NCBI GenBank assembly: GCA_016458225.1
Contig: JAEMGR010000010.1
Location: forward strand, 59,969 to 123,968
Reading direction: 5' to 3'
Source of the DNA: Myxococcaceae bacterium JPH2
GTDB taxonomy: Bacteria; Myxococcota; Myxococcia; Myxococcales; Myxococcaceae
DNA length: 64,000 bases
Position 1 is the first letter of the stretch; each line of letters starts with the position of its first letter. The notes below the pieces were generated by a model, which was not told the DNA's origin, did no database searches, and worked only from the letters and a program-made list of their open reading frames with translations. Below, one piece after another: positions 39,890 through 49,975 of the stretch. Position numbers and translations under genes: made by a program.

Positions 39890-41584
39890 TCACGCTCCGC
39901 CCGGGGGCCGCAGCTCCGCCGTCGGCACGAACGCAGGCGGCCGGCGATGATGCGTGGCCTGCTCGAAGGCATACGCCAGCCGCAACAAGGTCGGCTCGCT
40001 CCAGGTCCGACCGAAGAACGAGATGCCCACGGGCAGCCCTTGCACGTAGCCCGCCGGCACGGTGATGGACGGGTAGCCCGCCACCGCCGCCAGCGTCGAG
40101 CTGCCGCCGAGCCAGTGGTCTCCCATCACCAGGTCGATGAGCCCCGGTGGACCCTGCGTCGGCGCGACGAGCGCGTCCAGCTTGTGCTTCGCCATGACCT
40201 CGTCGATGCCACGCTCGCGCGACAGGCTCCGGCACGTCTCCAGCGCCTTGCGATAGGCCTTGTCCGTCAGCGGCCCCTTCGCCTGCGCTTGGATCAGCAA
40301 TTCCTGTCCGAAGTACGCCAGCTCCTGATCCGCATGCGCCGAGTTGAAGCGGATGAGGTCCGCCAGCGTGCGCACGGACGACGCGGCGCCCAGGCCCGAC
40401 AGATAGGTCTCCAGGTCCGCCTTGAACTCGTACAGCAGGACCACTTGCTCGGGCTCGTCCAGCTTCGCCAGCGTGGGCAGTGACACCGGATCCACCAGCA
40501 CCGCGCCGCGCGAGGCCATCAGCGACAGCGCCTCTTCCACCAGTCGGTCCGTCGCGGGGTGATAGCCAAACAGCCGCTCGCGCGGCACGCCGATGCGCGC
40601 CCCCTTGAGGCCATCGCCATCGAGGAAGCGCGTGTAATCCGCCGCGAGGTGTCCCTGTGCGGCGGCGGTGGTCGGGTCTCGCGGATCCACTCCCGCCAAC
40701 ACCCCCAGCAGCGCCGCGGCGTCCGCCACCGTGCGCGCCATCGGGCCGGCCGTGTCCTGGGTATGCGACAGCGGGATGATGCCCGAGCGGCTCACGAGCC
40801 CCACCGTCGGCTTGATCCCCACCAGCGAGCACGCGGCGGCGGGCGAGACGATGGAGCCGTCCGTCTCCGTCCCCACCGACACCGCGCACAGGTTCGCGGC
40901 GGTGGCCACGCCCGAGCCCGAGCTGGATCCCGAGGGCGTGCGATCCAACGCATACGGATTGCGGCACTGCCCTCCCCGTCCACTCCAACCACTGGTCGAG
41001 CGCGTGGAGCGGAAGTTGGCCCACTCGCTCAGGTTCGTCTTGCCGAGGATGACCGCGCCCGCCGTGCGCAGTCGCTCCACGAGGAAGGCATCGCGCGTCG
41101 GCACCGCGCCCACGAGCGCGAGCGAGCCCGCCGTGGTCTGCAGCTTGTCCGCCGTGCCGATGTTGTCCTTCAGCAGGACGGGGACGCCGTGCAAGGGGCC
41201 ACGCGCGCCCTGGAGCTTGCGCTCGGAGTCCAACGCGGTGGCCAGCGCCAGGGCCTCGGGGTTCAGCTCGATGACGGAGTTGAGGGGCAGCTCTCCGGAA
41301 CGGTCCAGCTCCTTGATGCGCGCCAGGTACAGCTCGGTCAGCGACTGCGCGGTCTGCTTGCCCGCCTGCATGGCGCGCTGGAGGTCCACCAGCGTGGCCT
41401 CCTCCAGCTCGAACGGGCGCCGAGTTCGTTGCGACCCGCTCTCCGACGCGGCGGCCCGCCGGAAGGTCGGCTCCTTCGCGTCGACTTCGCCCGCGACGAG
41501 GGCGCTCGCGGCCACCGCCCCGCCCAGGAAGGTTCGACGGCTGAGTGTGCGGGCCTCGACATCCGACGAGCTGGGCTTCTTCAT
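39890..41584 (-). CDS. Amidase-signature family enzyme with Tat-type signal peptide
   Basis: Start at MKKPSSSDVEARTLSRRTFLGGAVAASALVAG (twin-Arg). AS-family Ser-cisSer-Lys core (…GGSSSGSGVATAANLCAVSVGTETDGSIVSPAA…). Confidence 0.8.
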   Translation of the reverse strand: MKKPSSSDVEARTLSRRTFLGGAVAASALVAGEVDAKEPTFRRAAASESGSQRTRRPFELEEATLVDLQRAMQAGKQTAQSLTELYLARIKELDRSGELPLNSVIELNPEALALATALDSERKLQGARGPLHGVPVLLKDNIGTADKLQTTAGSLALVGAVPTRDAFLVERLRTAGAVILGKTNLSEWANFRSTRSTSGWSGRGGQCRNPYALDRTPSGSSSGSGVATAANLCAVSVGTETDGSIVSPAAACSLVGIKPTVGLVSRSGIIPLSHTQDTAGPMARTVADAAALLGVLAGVDPRDPTTAAAQGHLAADYTRFLDGDGLKGARIGVPRERLFGYHPATDRLVEEALSLMASRGAVLVDPVSLPTLAKLDEPEQVVLLYEFKADLETYLSGLGAASSVRTLADLIRFNSAHADQELAYFGQELLIQAQAKGPLTDKAYRKALETCRSLSRERGIDEVMAKHKLDALVAPTQGPPGLIDLVMGDHWLGGSSTLAAVAGYPSITVPAGYVQGLPVGISFFGRTWSEPTLLRLAYAFEQATHHRRPPAFVPTAELRPPGGA

Positions 41585-41682
41585 GGGATGCAAGGGACTA
41601 CAGCAGCGCGGGTCGGGCATCGCAAGGCGCGGCCCGTCAGTCAGGCTCCGTCGCCCACCGGCTGCTAGCGTGCCGCGCCGCG

Positions 41683-42747
41683 ATGAGCACGAGCCTGACC
41701 CTCCTGGCTGGCCCCGACGCGCTGCGCCTGATTCGCGAGCGCGGCCTGCGCGCCGATGACGTGGACGTCGTTCCGGGCGCATCGGGAGGACCGAAGTGGC
41801 TGGTGCTCGCCGGCCTCGACCGCGTCCTCTTTGGTGAGTTCTTCCGCGCGCCACGCTCGCGCCCGCTCCACCTCCTGGGCAGCTCGATTGGGAGCTGGCG
41901 GCTGGCGTGCCTGGCGAATCGAGACCCCGTCGCCGCGTTGGACCGCTTCGCGTCGGCCTATGTCGCCCAGCGCTATCCGCCCAAGCCGCCCCCGACCCTG
42001 GTGAGCGAGACGAGCGCGGCCATCCTCGAGAAGCTCCTGGGTGACACCGGCGTGGAGGACATCCTCACGCACGCGTGGGCACGCCTCCACGTGGTGACCG
42101 CGCGCTGCCGAGGGTGGATGGCCCTGGAGAATCCCACCCTTCAGGCGCTCGGCTTCGGCGTGGGAGCGCTGGGCAATCTGATCAGCCGCCGCACGCTCGG
42201 CCTGCATCTGGAGCGCGTCCTCTTCCACACGGGCGGGGACACCTCTCCCTTCGCGGCGCTGAAGGACCTGCCCACCGCGCACCATCCGCTCACGCGCGAG
42301 AACTTGCGCCCCGCCCTGCTCGCCTCGGGCTCCATCCCCATGGTCCTGAGCGGTGTGCAGGACATTCCGGGCGGACCTCCAGGGATGTACCGGGATGGCG
42401 GCGTCATCGACTACCACCTCGACGTCGACTACGGCGCGGGCGAGGGGCTCGTGCTGTATCCGCACTTCTATCCCCACGTGGTGCCTGGCTGGTTCGACAA
42501 GTCCCTGCCCTGGCGGCGCGCGAGCCCCTTGAACTTCCGGCGCGCCCTGATCATCGCGCCGTCGCCCGCGCACCTGGCGCGGCTCCCGGGCCGCCGCATT
42601 CCCGACCGCGACGACTTCGTGAAGCGCTCCGACGCCGAGCGCACGCAGGCCTGGAATCAAGTGCTCGACGAGGGCCGCAGAATGGGTGACGAGCTGCGCG
42701 AGCTGCTTGCGACCGGCCGCATCGCGGACCACCTCCAGCCGCTGTAG
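41683..42747 (+). CDS. Patatin-like phospholipase
   Basis: Start at MSTSLTLLAGP. Oxyanion GASGGPKW, GxSxG serine (LGSSIGSW) and the DGG aspartate (YRDGGVIDY). The opposite-strand ORF 41665..42753 is the artefact. Confidence 0.75.
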   Translation: MSTSLTLLAGPDALRLIRERGLRADDVDVVPGASGGPKWLVLAGLDRVLFGEFFRAPRSRPLHLLGSSIGSWRLACLANRDPVAALDRFASAYVAQRYPPKPPPTLVSETSAAILEKLLGDTGVEDILTHAWARLHVVTARCRGWMALENPTLQALGFGVGALGNLISRRTLGLHLERVLFHTGGDTSPFAALKDLPTAHHPLTRENLRPALLASGSIPMVLSGVQDIPGGPPGMYRDGGVIDYHLDVDYGAGEGLVLYPHFYPHVVPGWFDKSLPWRRASPLNFRRALIIAPSPAHLARLPGRRIPDRDDFVKRSDAERTQAWNQVLDEGRRMGDELRELLATGRIADHLQPL

Positions 42748-42756
42748 CGCCACGCC

Positions 42757-45144
42757 TCAGAGCGTCACCTGGTCGACGTAGCACCAACCCCAGTCCTCTC
42801 CCGGCTCCACGGAGCGGATGAGCGGATGCAAGGTGTCCTGGTGGTGCTTCGTCGCGTGCCGGTTCTTCGAGTCGTCACAGCACCCCACGTGCCCGCACGT
42901 CAGGCACAGCCGCAGATGGACCCAGCGGTCATGAAGCCGCAGGCATTCCTCGCAGCCTCGCGTGCCCGGACGCACCGGATGAATCTGCGCGAGATGCGAG
43001 CACGGCGGCGCCCCCGGATGGGGCTCGAACACGATGGTGGCCTCGGTGTCGATCCAGTCCGCCACTTGAGGAGGTCGCGAGTCCGCGTTCGCGGGCGGCT
43101 CGACTGACGCGTCTCCAGAAATCGGAGCGCGGAACAACGACGCGCCCCGAGCGAACGCCTCCGCGTCCCCCACGAGCGTCACGTCGTCTCCGACCTCCAA
43201 TCGGAGAGATTCCGCCACGCCGTGCAGCTTCATGCCCTCGCGCTGCACCTCCACCACGCGCAAGGCATGGGTCTTCTCCAGGTCCAGCTCCGCCACGGTG
43301 CGCCCCGCCACGGGCGCCCCCGCGCGCACCGTGACCTCGCGCGAGTCCAGACAGTCCTCGCCCAGCGAGCACACCACCACGGGCCTCGCATCACCCGAGG
43401 GCTCGCGCAGCGCCGCATAGCCCGCGCGGCGGACCGCGGCCTCGTGGGCATCGATCTCCTCGGCGGGCAGGCGGTAGTCGCGCAGCACCGCGACCAACAT
43501 GCTGACGATGCTCTCCATCTCCTCGGTGATGACGATGTCCGCTCCCGCCTCGGTCAACGGCGCCACGTCCGCGACGGAGCGCGCGCGCAGCACCACGCGC
43601 ATGGTCGGATTCACCGTCCGAGCCACCGCCACCGCACGACGGGCCATGGAGATTTCATCATCCGCGACGACGAGCACCTTGGCCTTCTGCGCGCCCACGA
43701 GCAGCAGCGTGCGCTGGCGGGCGTAGTCGCCGCGCAGCACGGGCATGTCCTCGGACTCCGCCTCCGCCGCGCCCGAGGGACTCAGGGTGGTGATGACGAA
43801 GGGAATGCCCGAGCCGCGCAGCACGCGCACGAGTCGCCGAGCCCCATCGCCATAGCCCGCGACGATGACATGGTTCTCCAGCGCCCCGAATCGCTCGCTC
43901 GCGGCTTCGTCGTTCGCGCCCTCCTCGCCGGCCGCGACCTCCGCCGCGCGCTCCTGGCGGCGCACCACCATCCGCCCGGCGAGCCAGCCCCCCAGCCACG
44001 AGACCAGCGGCGTGAGCACCATCAACATCACCGTGGCGGCGATGAAGGCCTGCGAGCCGTCGGGCACGCCCGCGAAGAAGAGCCCCTGTGCCCGACCCGA
44101 ACGCTCCAGGACGAAAGAGAACTCGCCGATCTGCGCCAGGGCCAGGGCGCTCGCCACCGCCACCGGAGGACGAAAACCGAGCGCCAGCACGCTCGCGCCC
44201 GTGGTCAGCACCTTGAGCAGGAGGATGGCCACGATGGATGCGCCCACCACCGGCAGGTGCGTGAACAGGAAGTGCACGTCCAGCAGCAGCCCCACCGACA
44301 CGAAGAACGTCGCGCTGAAGAGAATCTGCAGCGGGAGGATCTCCCCGAAGGCGTGCTCGCTGAAGCGGCTCTCGCTCACCACCAGCCCCGCCAGGAACGC
44401 GCCCAGGGACAGGCTCACCCCCGCGAGGCTGGTGAGGTAGGCCGTGCCGAAGCACACGGCGATGAGCGTGAGCAGGAACAGCTCGGGCGAACAGGTGCGG
44501 GCCACCGACTCCAGCAGCGGTGGCATCAACCGGCGTGCCGCCACCAGCACCGCGACGATGATGGCCAGGGCCTTGGCCAAGGCCCACACGAGCGCCCAGC
44601 CTGAGCCCCCCTTCCCCGTGAGCATCGGCACCACGAGGACCATCACCACCACCGCGAGGTCCTGGAAGATGAGCAGCCCCAGCGATACCTGCCCTGGCTG
44701 CGTGGACGTCTCGCCGCGGTCGCCCAGGAGCTTCAGCACGATGGCGGTCGAGGACAGCGCCACGAGGAAGCCAGTGAACACTCCGGCGCGCCAGTCCACG
44801 CCGAACGAGGCCAGCAGCAGCCACGTCGCCGCCGTGGCCAGCCCCACCTGAAGTCCGCCGCCGCCGAAGATGAGCTTCTGGAGGCGCGCCAGCTTCTCCA
44901 GGCTGAACTCGATGCCGATGCTGAACAGCAGCAGGATGACGCCCACCTCGGCTGCCGCGCTCACCAGCTCCAGGTCCTGCACCAGCCCCAGACCGTGGGG
45001 CCCGATGACGACGCCCGCGAGCAGAAACCCGACGATGGGCACCAGGCGAAAGCGGTGGCCCACGTACGCCATCACCGCGCCCGCGACGATGATCGCGACC
45101 ACTTCCGGAAAGAACGGCGGCGCGGCGGAGGCAAACAGGAACAT
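42757..45144 (-). CDS. CPA2 (Kef-type) cation:proton antiporter with RCK/TrkA domains and a C-terminal UBP-type zinc finger
   Basis: About 13 TM helices of the Na+/H+ exchanger family, then TrkA-N (VIVAGYGDGARRL…) and TrkA-C segments. The last ~90 aa carry the Cys/His pattern of zf-UBP (…CSHL…CEECL…HLRLCLTCGHVGCCD…H…H). Confidence 0.8.
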   Translation of the reverse strand: MFLFASAAPPFFPEVVAIIVAGAVMAYVGHRFRLVPIVGFLLAGVVIGPHGLGLVQDLELVSAAAEVGVILLLFSIGIEFSLEKLARLQKLIFGGGGLQVGLATAATWLLLASFGVDWRAGVFTGFLVALSSTAIVLKLLGDRGETSTQPGQVSLGLLIFQDLAVVVMVLVVPMLTGKGGSGWALVWALAKALAIIVAVLVAARRLMPPLLESVARTCSPELFLLTLIAVCFGTAYLTSLAGVSLSLGAFLAGLVVSESRFSEHAFGEILPLQILFSATFFVSVGLLLDVHFLFTHLPVVGASIVAILLLKVLTTGASVLALGFRPPVAVASALALAQIGEFSFVLERSGRAQGLFFAGVPDGSQAFIAATVMLMVLTPLVSWLGGWLAGRMVVRRQERAAEVAAGEEGANDEAASERFGALENHVIVAGYGDGARRLVRVLRGSGIPFVITTLSPSGAAEAESEDMPVLRGDYARQRTLLLVGAQKAKVLVVADDEISMARRAVAVARTVNPTMRVVLRARSVADVAPLTEAGADIVITEEMESIVSMLVAVLRDYRLPAEEIDAHEAAVRRAGYAALREPSGDARPVVVCSLGEDCLDSREVTVRAGAPVAGRTVAELDLEKTHALRVVEVQREGMKLHGVAESLRLEVGDDVTLVGDAEAFARGASLFRAPISGDASVEPPANADSRPPQVADWIDTEATIVFEPHPGAPPCSHLAQIHPVRPGTRGCEECLRLHDRWVHLRLCLTCGHVGCCDDSKNRHATKHHQDTLHPLIRSVEPGEDWGWCYVDQVTL

Positions 45145-45240
45145 GGAGCCTCACAGCAGACCCCACGCATTCCTTCAGCGCATCCGCGCGAAAACCCTCA
45201 CGTGCGCCTGAAAACACAATCGTGGCGCGGCCCTGCGCAC

Positions 45241-45290
45241 CAAAAACAAAACCCCGTCCTCCAGGTTCGGAGGACGGGGCCTTGTTTTAC
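45241..45290 (-). terminator. Bidirectional rho-independent terminator ending the tRNA-fMet array
   Basis: CAAAAACAAAA-CCCCGTCCTCC-aggttc-GGAGGACGGGG-CCTTGTTTTA is an 11-bp GC stem flanked by A-run and T-run. On the minus strand the stem is followed by TTTTGTTTTTG. Confidence 0.8.
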
Positions 45291-45292
45291 GA

Positions 45293-45367
<75 letters not shown>

Positions 45368-45397
45368 GCACCATCTGTCTTGTATGTCTTTCAACAA

Positions 45398-45433
45398 CTG
45401 AGGCCCGATCCTGCATTCAAAATCGGGCCTCAG
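45398..45433 (-). repeat. Inter-tRNA spacer hairpin (12-bp stem), repeated in each of the three 75-bp spacers
   Basis: CTGAGGCCCGAT-cctgcattcaaa-ATCGGGCCTCAG. It repeats identically at +149 (45547..45582) and +298 (45696..45731). Likely an RNase processing structure in the polycistronic precursor. Confidence 0.7.
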
Positions 45434-45441
45434 CTTACTGA

Positions 45442-45516
<75 letters not shown>

Positions 45517-45590
45517 GCACCATCTGTCTTGTATGTCTTTCAACAACTGAGGCCCGATCCTGCATTCAAAATCGGGCCTCAGCTTACTGA

Positions 45591-45665
<75 letters not shown>

Positions 45666-45739
45666 GCACCATCTGTCTTGTATGTCTTTCAACAACTGAG
45701 GCCCGATCCTGCATTCAAAATCGGGCCTCAGCTTACTGA

Positions 45740-45814
<75 letters not shown>

Positions 45815-45820
45815 GCGAAG

Positions 45821-45857
45821 TGAGAGGGTTAGTACCTCCCACACCCTGGACCGTCAA
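45821..45857 (-). promoter_or_regulatory. Candidate sigma70-type promoter of the tRNA-fMet array
   Basis: Minus strand reads AAAAAGGTG-TTGACG-(17 nt)-TACTAA-ccctctcacttcg-[tRNA +1]. The -35 is plus 45852-45857 and the -10 is plus 45829-45834. An A/T-rich UP-like tract and an imperfect hairpin lie further upstream (45860-45895). Confidence 0.55.
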
Positions 45858-45913
45858 CACCTTTTTCGGCACCCCTTCATGTATCGGCAAGGGGCGCCGA
45901 AAAAGAGTCACCA

Positions 45914-47986
45914 CTACTTCCGCATCTTGCTGAGCAGATCCGCGAAGGTGCCGAAGCCCTTCTTGCCAGCGCCCTGCGGCTGCTGCGTCTTCTGCCACGC
46001 CTCGACCTCGGCGCGCTCCTCGGCGCGCTGCGCGGCCGGGATGGAGAGGCGGATCTTGCCCGAGGCGTCGATCTCCAGGATGGCGACCTTCACCTCCTGG
46101 CCCAGCGAGAAGTGCTTGCGCAGATCCGTGCCGCGATCCGTGCCCGTCTCACTCGCGGGGATGAGCCCCTTGCCGCCCGGGAACGCGAGGAACACACCGT
46201 ACTGCTCGATGCGATCCACCTTGCCCACGACGACCTGACCCGGCTGGGGACGCGGCGCGGCGGGGGCCGCGGGCGCGGCGGCAGCGGCGGCCTGAGCCGG
46301 ACGCTCCTCGGGAGGACGCGACGCCTCCTCCTCCGTGATGCGGCGCAGGCCGATGCGCTTGTCGTTCGGGTCGATCTTCTCGATCACCACCCAGACGACC
46401 TCGCCCTCCTTCACCACGTCGCGCGGGTGCGCGATGCGGCGGTCGCTCAGCGCGGAGATGTGCACCAGGCCATCCACGCCCGGACGCAGCTCCACGAAGG
46501 CACCGAACGGCTGGAGCCGGACGACCTTGCCCTGCAGGCGGTCGCCCTCCTTCAGCTCGGTGAGGGCCTTCTTGAACGGATCCTCCTGACGGGCGCGCAG
46601 CGAGAGCGTGATGCGCTCCTTCTGCTTCGACTTGTCCGGAGAGTTCGGCTGGGCGGCCTCCATGCGGAGGATCTCCACCTCGACCTCGTCGCCCTGCTTG
46701 ACGACCTCGCTCGGGTGGCCGACGCGCTGGTAGGACAGCTCGGAGACGGGGATCATCCCCTCCACGCCGCCCAGGTCCACGAACACGCCGAAGTCCCGGA
46801 CGCCCGAGACCTTGCCCTTGACGACCTTGCCGTCCGCCAGGTTCTTGCGCGTCTCGGTGGCCAGGCGGCGCTGCTCGTCCTCGAGCAGCGAGCGGCGCGA
46901 CAGCACCACGTTGCGGTCACGAACCTCGGTGACGCGGAACTGGAGCTTCTCGCCGATGAACTGATCCGGCTTCTCCACGAAGCGGATGTCCAGCTGGCTG
47001 ATGGGGCAGAACGCGCGCACGTCGCCGATGGCGACCTCGACGCCGCCCTTGTTGACGGCCAGGACCATGCCTTCCACCGGCATGCCCGAGGCGCGCGCCT
47101 CGGCCAGCATCGCCATGGAGGCGTTGCCCTTGGCCAGCGCCCGGCTCAGCAGGATGCCGCGCGCGCCCATCTCCACGACGTGCGCCTCGATGCGGTCACC
47201 CACGCCGAAGCGCAGGATGCCCTCGTCGTCCTTGAGCTCGCGCAGCTCGATCATCGCCTCGCTCTTGGCCGAGCCATCGAGCGACACGAACGCGGTGTCC
47301 GCGCCGAGCTGGAAGATGGTGCCCGCGACCTTCTCGCCCACCCGAACCGAGCGACGACCGGGAGCGCCTCCGTCCTTCACCTGCGCCTCGAACATGTCGG
47401 CGAAGGACTCGGACTCGGCGACCTCCTCGTACAGCGCGCTCGAGGGCGCCGGAGTCGGAGCCACCGGACGCGGCGCCGGCGCCGGAGCGGCCGCGGAAGC
47501 CTCCGCCGTGGCGGTGGTCTCCTCGGCGGTCGCGGTCGCATCGGCCGGCTTGTCACCCGCCGGGCCACGCGTCTCGATGACGCCCGAGGCGCGCTTCACG
47601 ACGACCATGGGCCCCTGCGGACGGCGCTGACCTGCGTCGCCTCCTCCGGGGCCACGCTGCTGGCCACCGCGGTCGTTGCCACCGCGCGGACGGCGGTCAT
47701 CCCGCGCCGACGCGGCAGCATCACCCTGGGGACGAGGCTGTGCGTCGCGCTCGCCGCCACGGCCCGGTCCGCGATTGTCCCGGCCCTCTCCCCGGCCGCC
47801 GCCACGCCCACCGCGCTCGTCGCTCCGGCCGCCCGAGGGAATTCCGAGCATCACGTCGCCGAAGGTGGCCTTGGGCTTCTTCGGACCGAAGCCACCAGGA
47901 CCACCCGAATTTCCGCCGCTCTTCTCGTCGCTCACTGCCGAGACCTTCCGTAGACGATGTCGACCCAGACTTCCGGTGAAGTCCAA
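45914..47986 (-). CDS. S1 RNA-binding domain protein (five S1 repeats) with Arg/Gly-rich disordered N-terminus; RpsA-like
   Basis: 690 aa. The N-terminal ~180 aa are an RGG/RG-rich low-complexity region. Five S1 folds follow (e.g. GKVVKGKVSGVRDFGVFVDLGGVEGMIPVSELS; GDRLQGKVVRLQPFGAFVELRPGVDGLVHISALS). Start codon uncertain. Confidence 0.75.
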   Translation of the reverse strand: MDFTGSLGRHRLRKVSAVSDEKSGGNSGGPGGFGPKKPKATFGDVMLGIPSGGRSDERGGRGGGRGEGRDNRGPGRGGERDAQPRPQGDAAASARDDRRPRGGNDRGGQQRGPGGGDAGQRRPQGPMVVVKRASGVIETRGPAGDKPADATATAEETTATAEASAAAPAPAPRPVAPTPAPSSALYEEVAESESFADMFEAQVKDGGAPGRRSVRVGEKVAGTIFQLGADTAFVSLDGSAKSEAMIELRELKDDEGILRFGVGDRIEAHVVEMGARGILLSRALAKGNASMAMLAEARASGMPVEGMVLAVNKGGVEVAIGDVRAFCPISQLDIRFVEKPDQFIGEKLQFRVTEVRDRNVVLSRRSLLEDEQRRLATETRKNLADGKVVKGKVSGVRDFGVFVDLGGVEGMIPVSELSYQRVGHPSEVVKQGDEVEVEILRMEAAQPNSPDKSKQKERITLSLRARQEDPFKKALTELKEGDRLQGKVVRLQPFGAFVELRPGVDGLVHISALSDRRIAHPRDVVKEGEVVWVVIEKIDPNDKRIGLRRITEEEASRPPEERPAQAAAAAAPAAPAAPRPQPGQVVVGKVDRIEQYGVFLAFPGGKGLIPASETGTDRGTDLRKHFSLGQEVKVAILEIDASGKIRLSIPAAQRAEERAEVEAWQKTQQPQGAGKKGFGTFADLLSKMRK

Positions 47987-48160
47987 GTCCCATGAAAAAG
48001 GCGGCGCACTCTACACGCGCGCCACCTTTAGAGGAAGATCGATACGCACACGCCGAGCGCACCGATGCTCCCGGGACAACTTACACGTCGGGAACAATCA
48101 TCCCGTTGCGCCTCAAACCTTTGCCCGGAAGCCCGCCTGGGCCCCGAGCGACGAGGCGCG

Positions 48161-49777
48161 TCAGCGAGCGATTCCGAGCCGGCGCCCCACCTTGCGGAAC
48201 ACGGCGCCCGCCTCGGGGACGCCCAGGGCGGCCGCGAGTGCGAAGTACACGGCCCCAAAGGGAATCGCCACGGCGAGCAGCGACAGGACGGGGTTCAGGT
48301 GCGGCGGAACGAGCAGGTGCCCCCCCCACTCCGCTGTCACCCCGGGCATGGGTCCCAGCCACCGGGCCAGCCCCAGCTTGATGCCGAGTCCGACGAGGCC
48401 GGCCACGCCCGCCGCCAGCCACAGCCGGGGCAGCAGTCCCGCCGGCAGGCCCACGGGCCCCAGGCGCTGCACGAGCTTGCGGCGCAGGAGGGTGGTCTCC
48501 AACCAGGCCACGATGCCGCTCGACAGGGTGAGAAATGCGGCCCCCAGCTCCCGGGGCACACCGAGCCAGTCGGGCAACCACAGCGCCAACACGTACGCCT
48601 TCGCCGTGCCCAGCGCCACGCGCAGCACGGCGTAGCGCAGGGGCGTCTTCGGGTCCTTCAGGGCATAGAAGGCGGAGGCGTACAGGCGCCCCACCGTGGA
48701 AGCCACGAGCCCGACGGCCGCGCCCATGAGCAGGTACCAGAGGTAGCGGGAGTCCGCCGCGTCGAAACGCCCCGTCTGCAGCAGCGCCGCGCTCACCAGG
48801 TCGCCCACGAAGAGGAACGCCGCGGCCGAGGGCACCACCCAGAAGGCGATGCGCCGCGCGCCCCCATCGATGCGCGTCCGCAACTTCACGTGGGCATCCG
48901 CGTCTCCTTCTCCCGTGGCCCGCGCCATCTCGGGAAGCTCGGCGGCCGAGACCGCCATGCCGAAGAGGCTCACCGGGATGAGGTAGACGGTCTGCGCGTA
49001 CAGCAGGGAAGACAGGGCGCGGCTGGAGATGAGCGACGCGAAGGCGGTGTCCACCCAGGCGCTGAACTGCACCACGCCGCGGCCCAACACCACGGGGCCG
49101 AAGTTGCGCAGCACCTGTCGCACGGACGCGTTCGCCAGCGACAGCGCCGGGCGGAAGCGCCCCAGCAGGCGCAGCACCGTGGGGAGCTGCACGGCGAACT
49201 GGAAGAAGCTGCCCACGCCCACGCTGTAGGCGAGGATCTCCGCCAGCTTCTCCTCGCCGTAGCGGCCACCCGCCCCGAGCAGCGTGGCGATCATCACCAC
49301 GTTCCACACCACGGGGGCCAGATACGAGAGCAGGAAGCGCCGGTGGCTGTTCAGGATTCCAAGACACCAGGCGCTCAGTACGAGGAGCCCCGTGCCCGGG
49401 AAGATGATGCGCACCAGCCGGATGGCCAGCTCACGCTCTTCCCCATGAAAGCCCGGGGCGATGATCTCCACGAACATCGGCGTGGCGAGCATGCCCATCG
49501 CCACCGTCAGGCCCGTCACCAGCGCGAGCAGGCCGAACACCGCGCCCGCCACCCGGTCCGCTTCCTCCGCGTCCTTCTTGCCCAACAGCTGGGCATAGAC
49601 GGGGATGAAGGAGCCGGACAGCACGCCCTCACCAAAGAGGTTCTGCAGGAAGTTGGGGATGCGCAGCGCGGCCTTGAAGACGGCGGCCGCGGCGGCGTTG
49701 CCCAGGTAGTGGGCGAACACGCGCTCGCGCACGAGCCCCATGAGGCGCGAGGCCAGGATGCCGATGGCGACGAGCAT
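48161..49777 (-). CDS. murJ: Lipid II flippase MurJ (MviN)
   Basis: Start at MLVAIGILASRLMGLVRERVFAHYLG (conserved MurJ N-terminus RxxGxxRD). 14 TM helices. The track ORF is over-extended by 203 codons of low-complexity sequence. A possible Pro/Ala-rich extension from a GTG at 49870 cannot be excluded. Confidence 0.85.
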   Translation of the reverse strand: MLVAIGILASRLMGLVRERVFAHYLGNAAAAAVFKAALRIPNFLQNLFGEGVLSGSFIPVYAQLLGKKDAEEADRVAGAVFGLLALVTGLTVAMGMLATPMFVEIIAPGFHGEERELAIRLVRIIFPGTGLLVLSAWCLGILNSHRRFLLSYLAPVVWNVVMIATLLGAGGRYGEEKLAEILAYSVGVGSFFQFAVQLPTVLRLLGRFRPALSLANASVRQVLRNFGPVVLGRGVVQFSAWVDTAFASLISSRALSSLLYAQTVYLIPVSLFGMAVSAAELPEMARATGEGDADAHVKLRTRIDGGARRIAFWVVPSAAAFLFVGDLVSAALLQTGRFDAADSRYLWYLLMGAAVGLVASTVGRLYASAFYALKDPKTPLRYAVLRVALGTAKAYVLALWLPDWLGVPRELGAAFLTLSSGIVAWLETTLLRRKLVQRLGPVGLPAGLLPRLWLAAGVAGLVGLGIKLGLARWLGPMPGVTAEWGGHLLVPPHLNPVLSLLAVAIPFGAVYFALAAALGVPEAGAVFRKVGRRLGIAR

Positions 49778-49975
49778 GGCCCCCCGTCCGCTCCCTCGCT
49801 CCGGGGGGGCCTGGGTGGCGACGGCGGGCTTCGGCGGCTCGGCGGGCGATGCGGGTGCTGGGGCGGTCACGCGGGCGCGGACTCTAGCGCCGTGTCCAGC
49901 GCCATGAAGCAGGAAACCCACCGAGCCCTCTTTCACTTGACGGTGCCCCCAACGGATTGCGAGGGTCGCGCCCCC

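Noticed and set aside
41665-42753. 362-aa minus-strand ORF overlapping the patatin-like gene
   Set aside because: The plus-strand frame carries the GxSxG/DGG patatin motifs. The minus-strand translation is low-complexity.
49900-49975. Sigma-54 (-24/-12) promoter upstream of encB
   Set aside because: No convincing TGGCAC-N5-TTGC element found by eye. Only a TTGACG -35-like hexamer (≈49935) without a matching -10, so no promoter is called.
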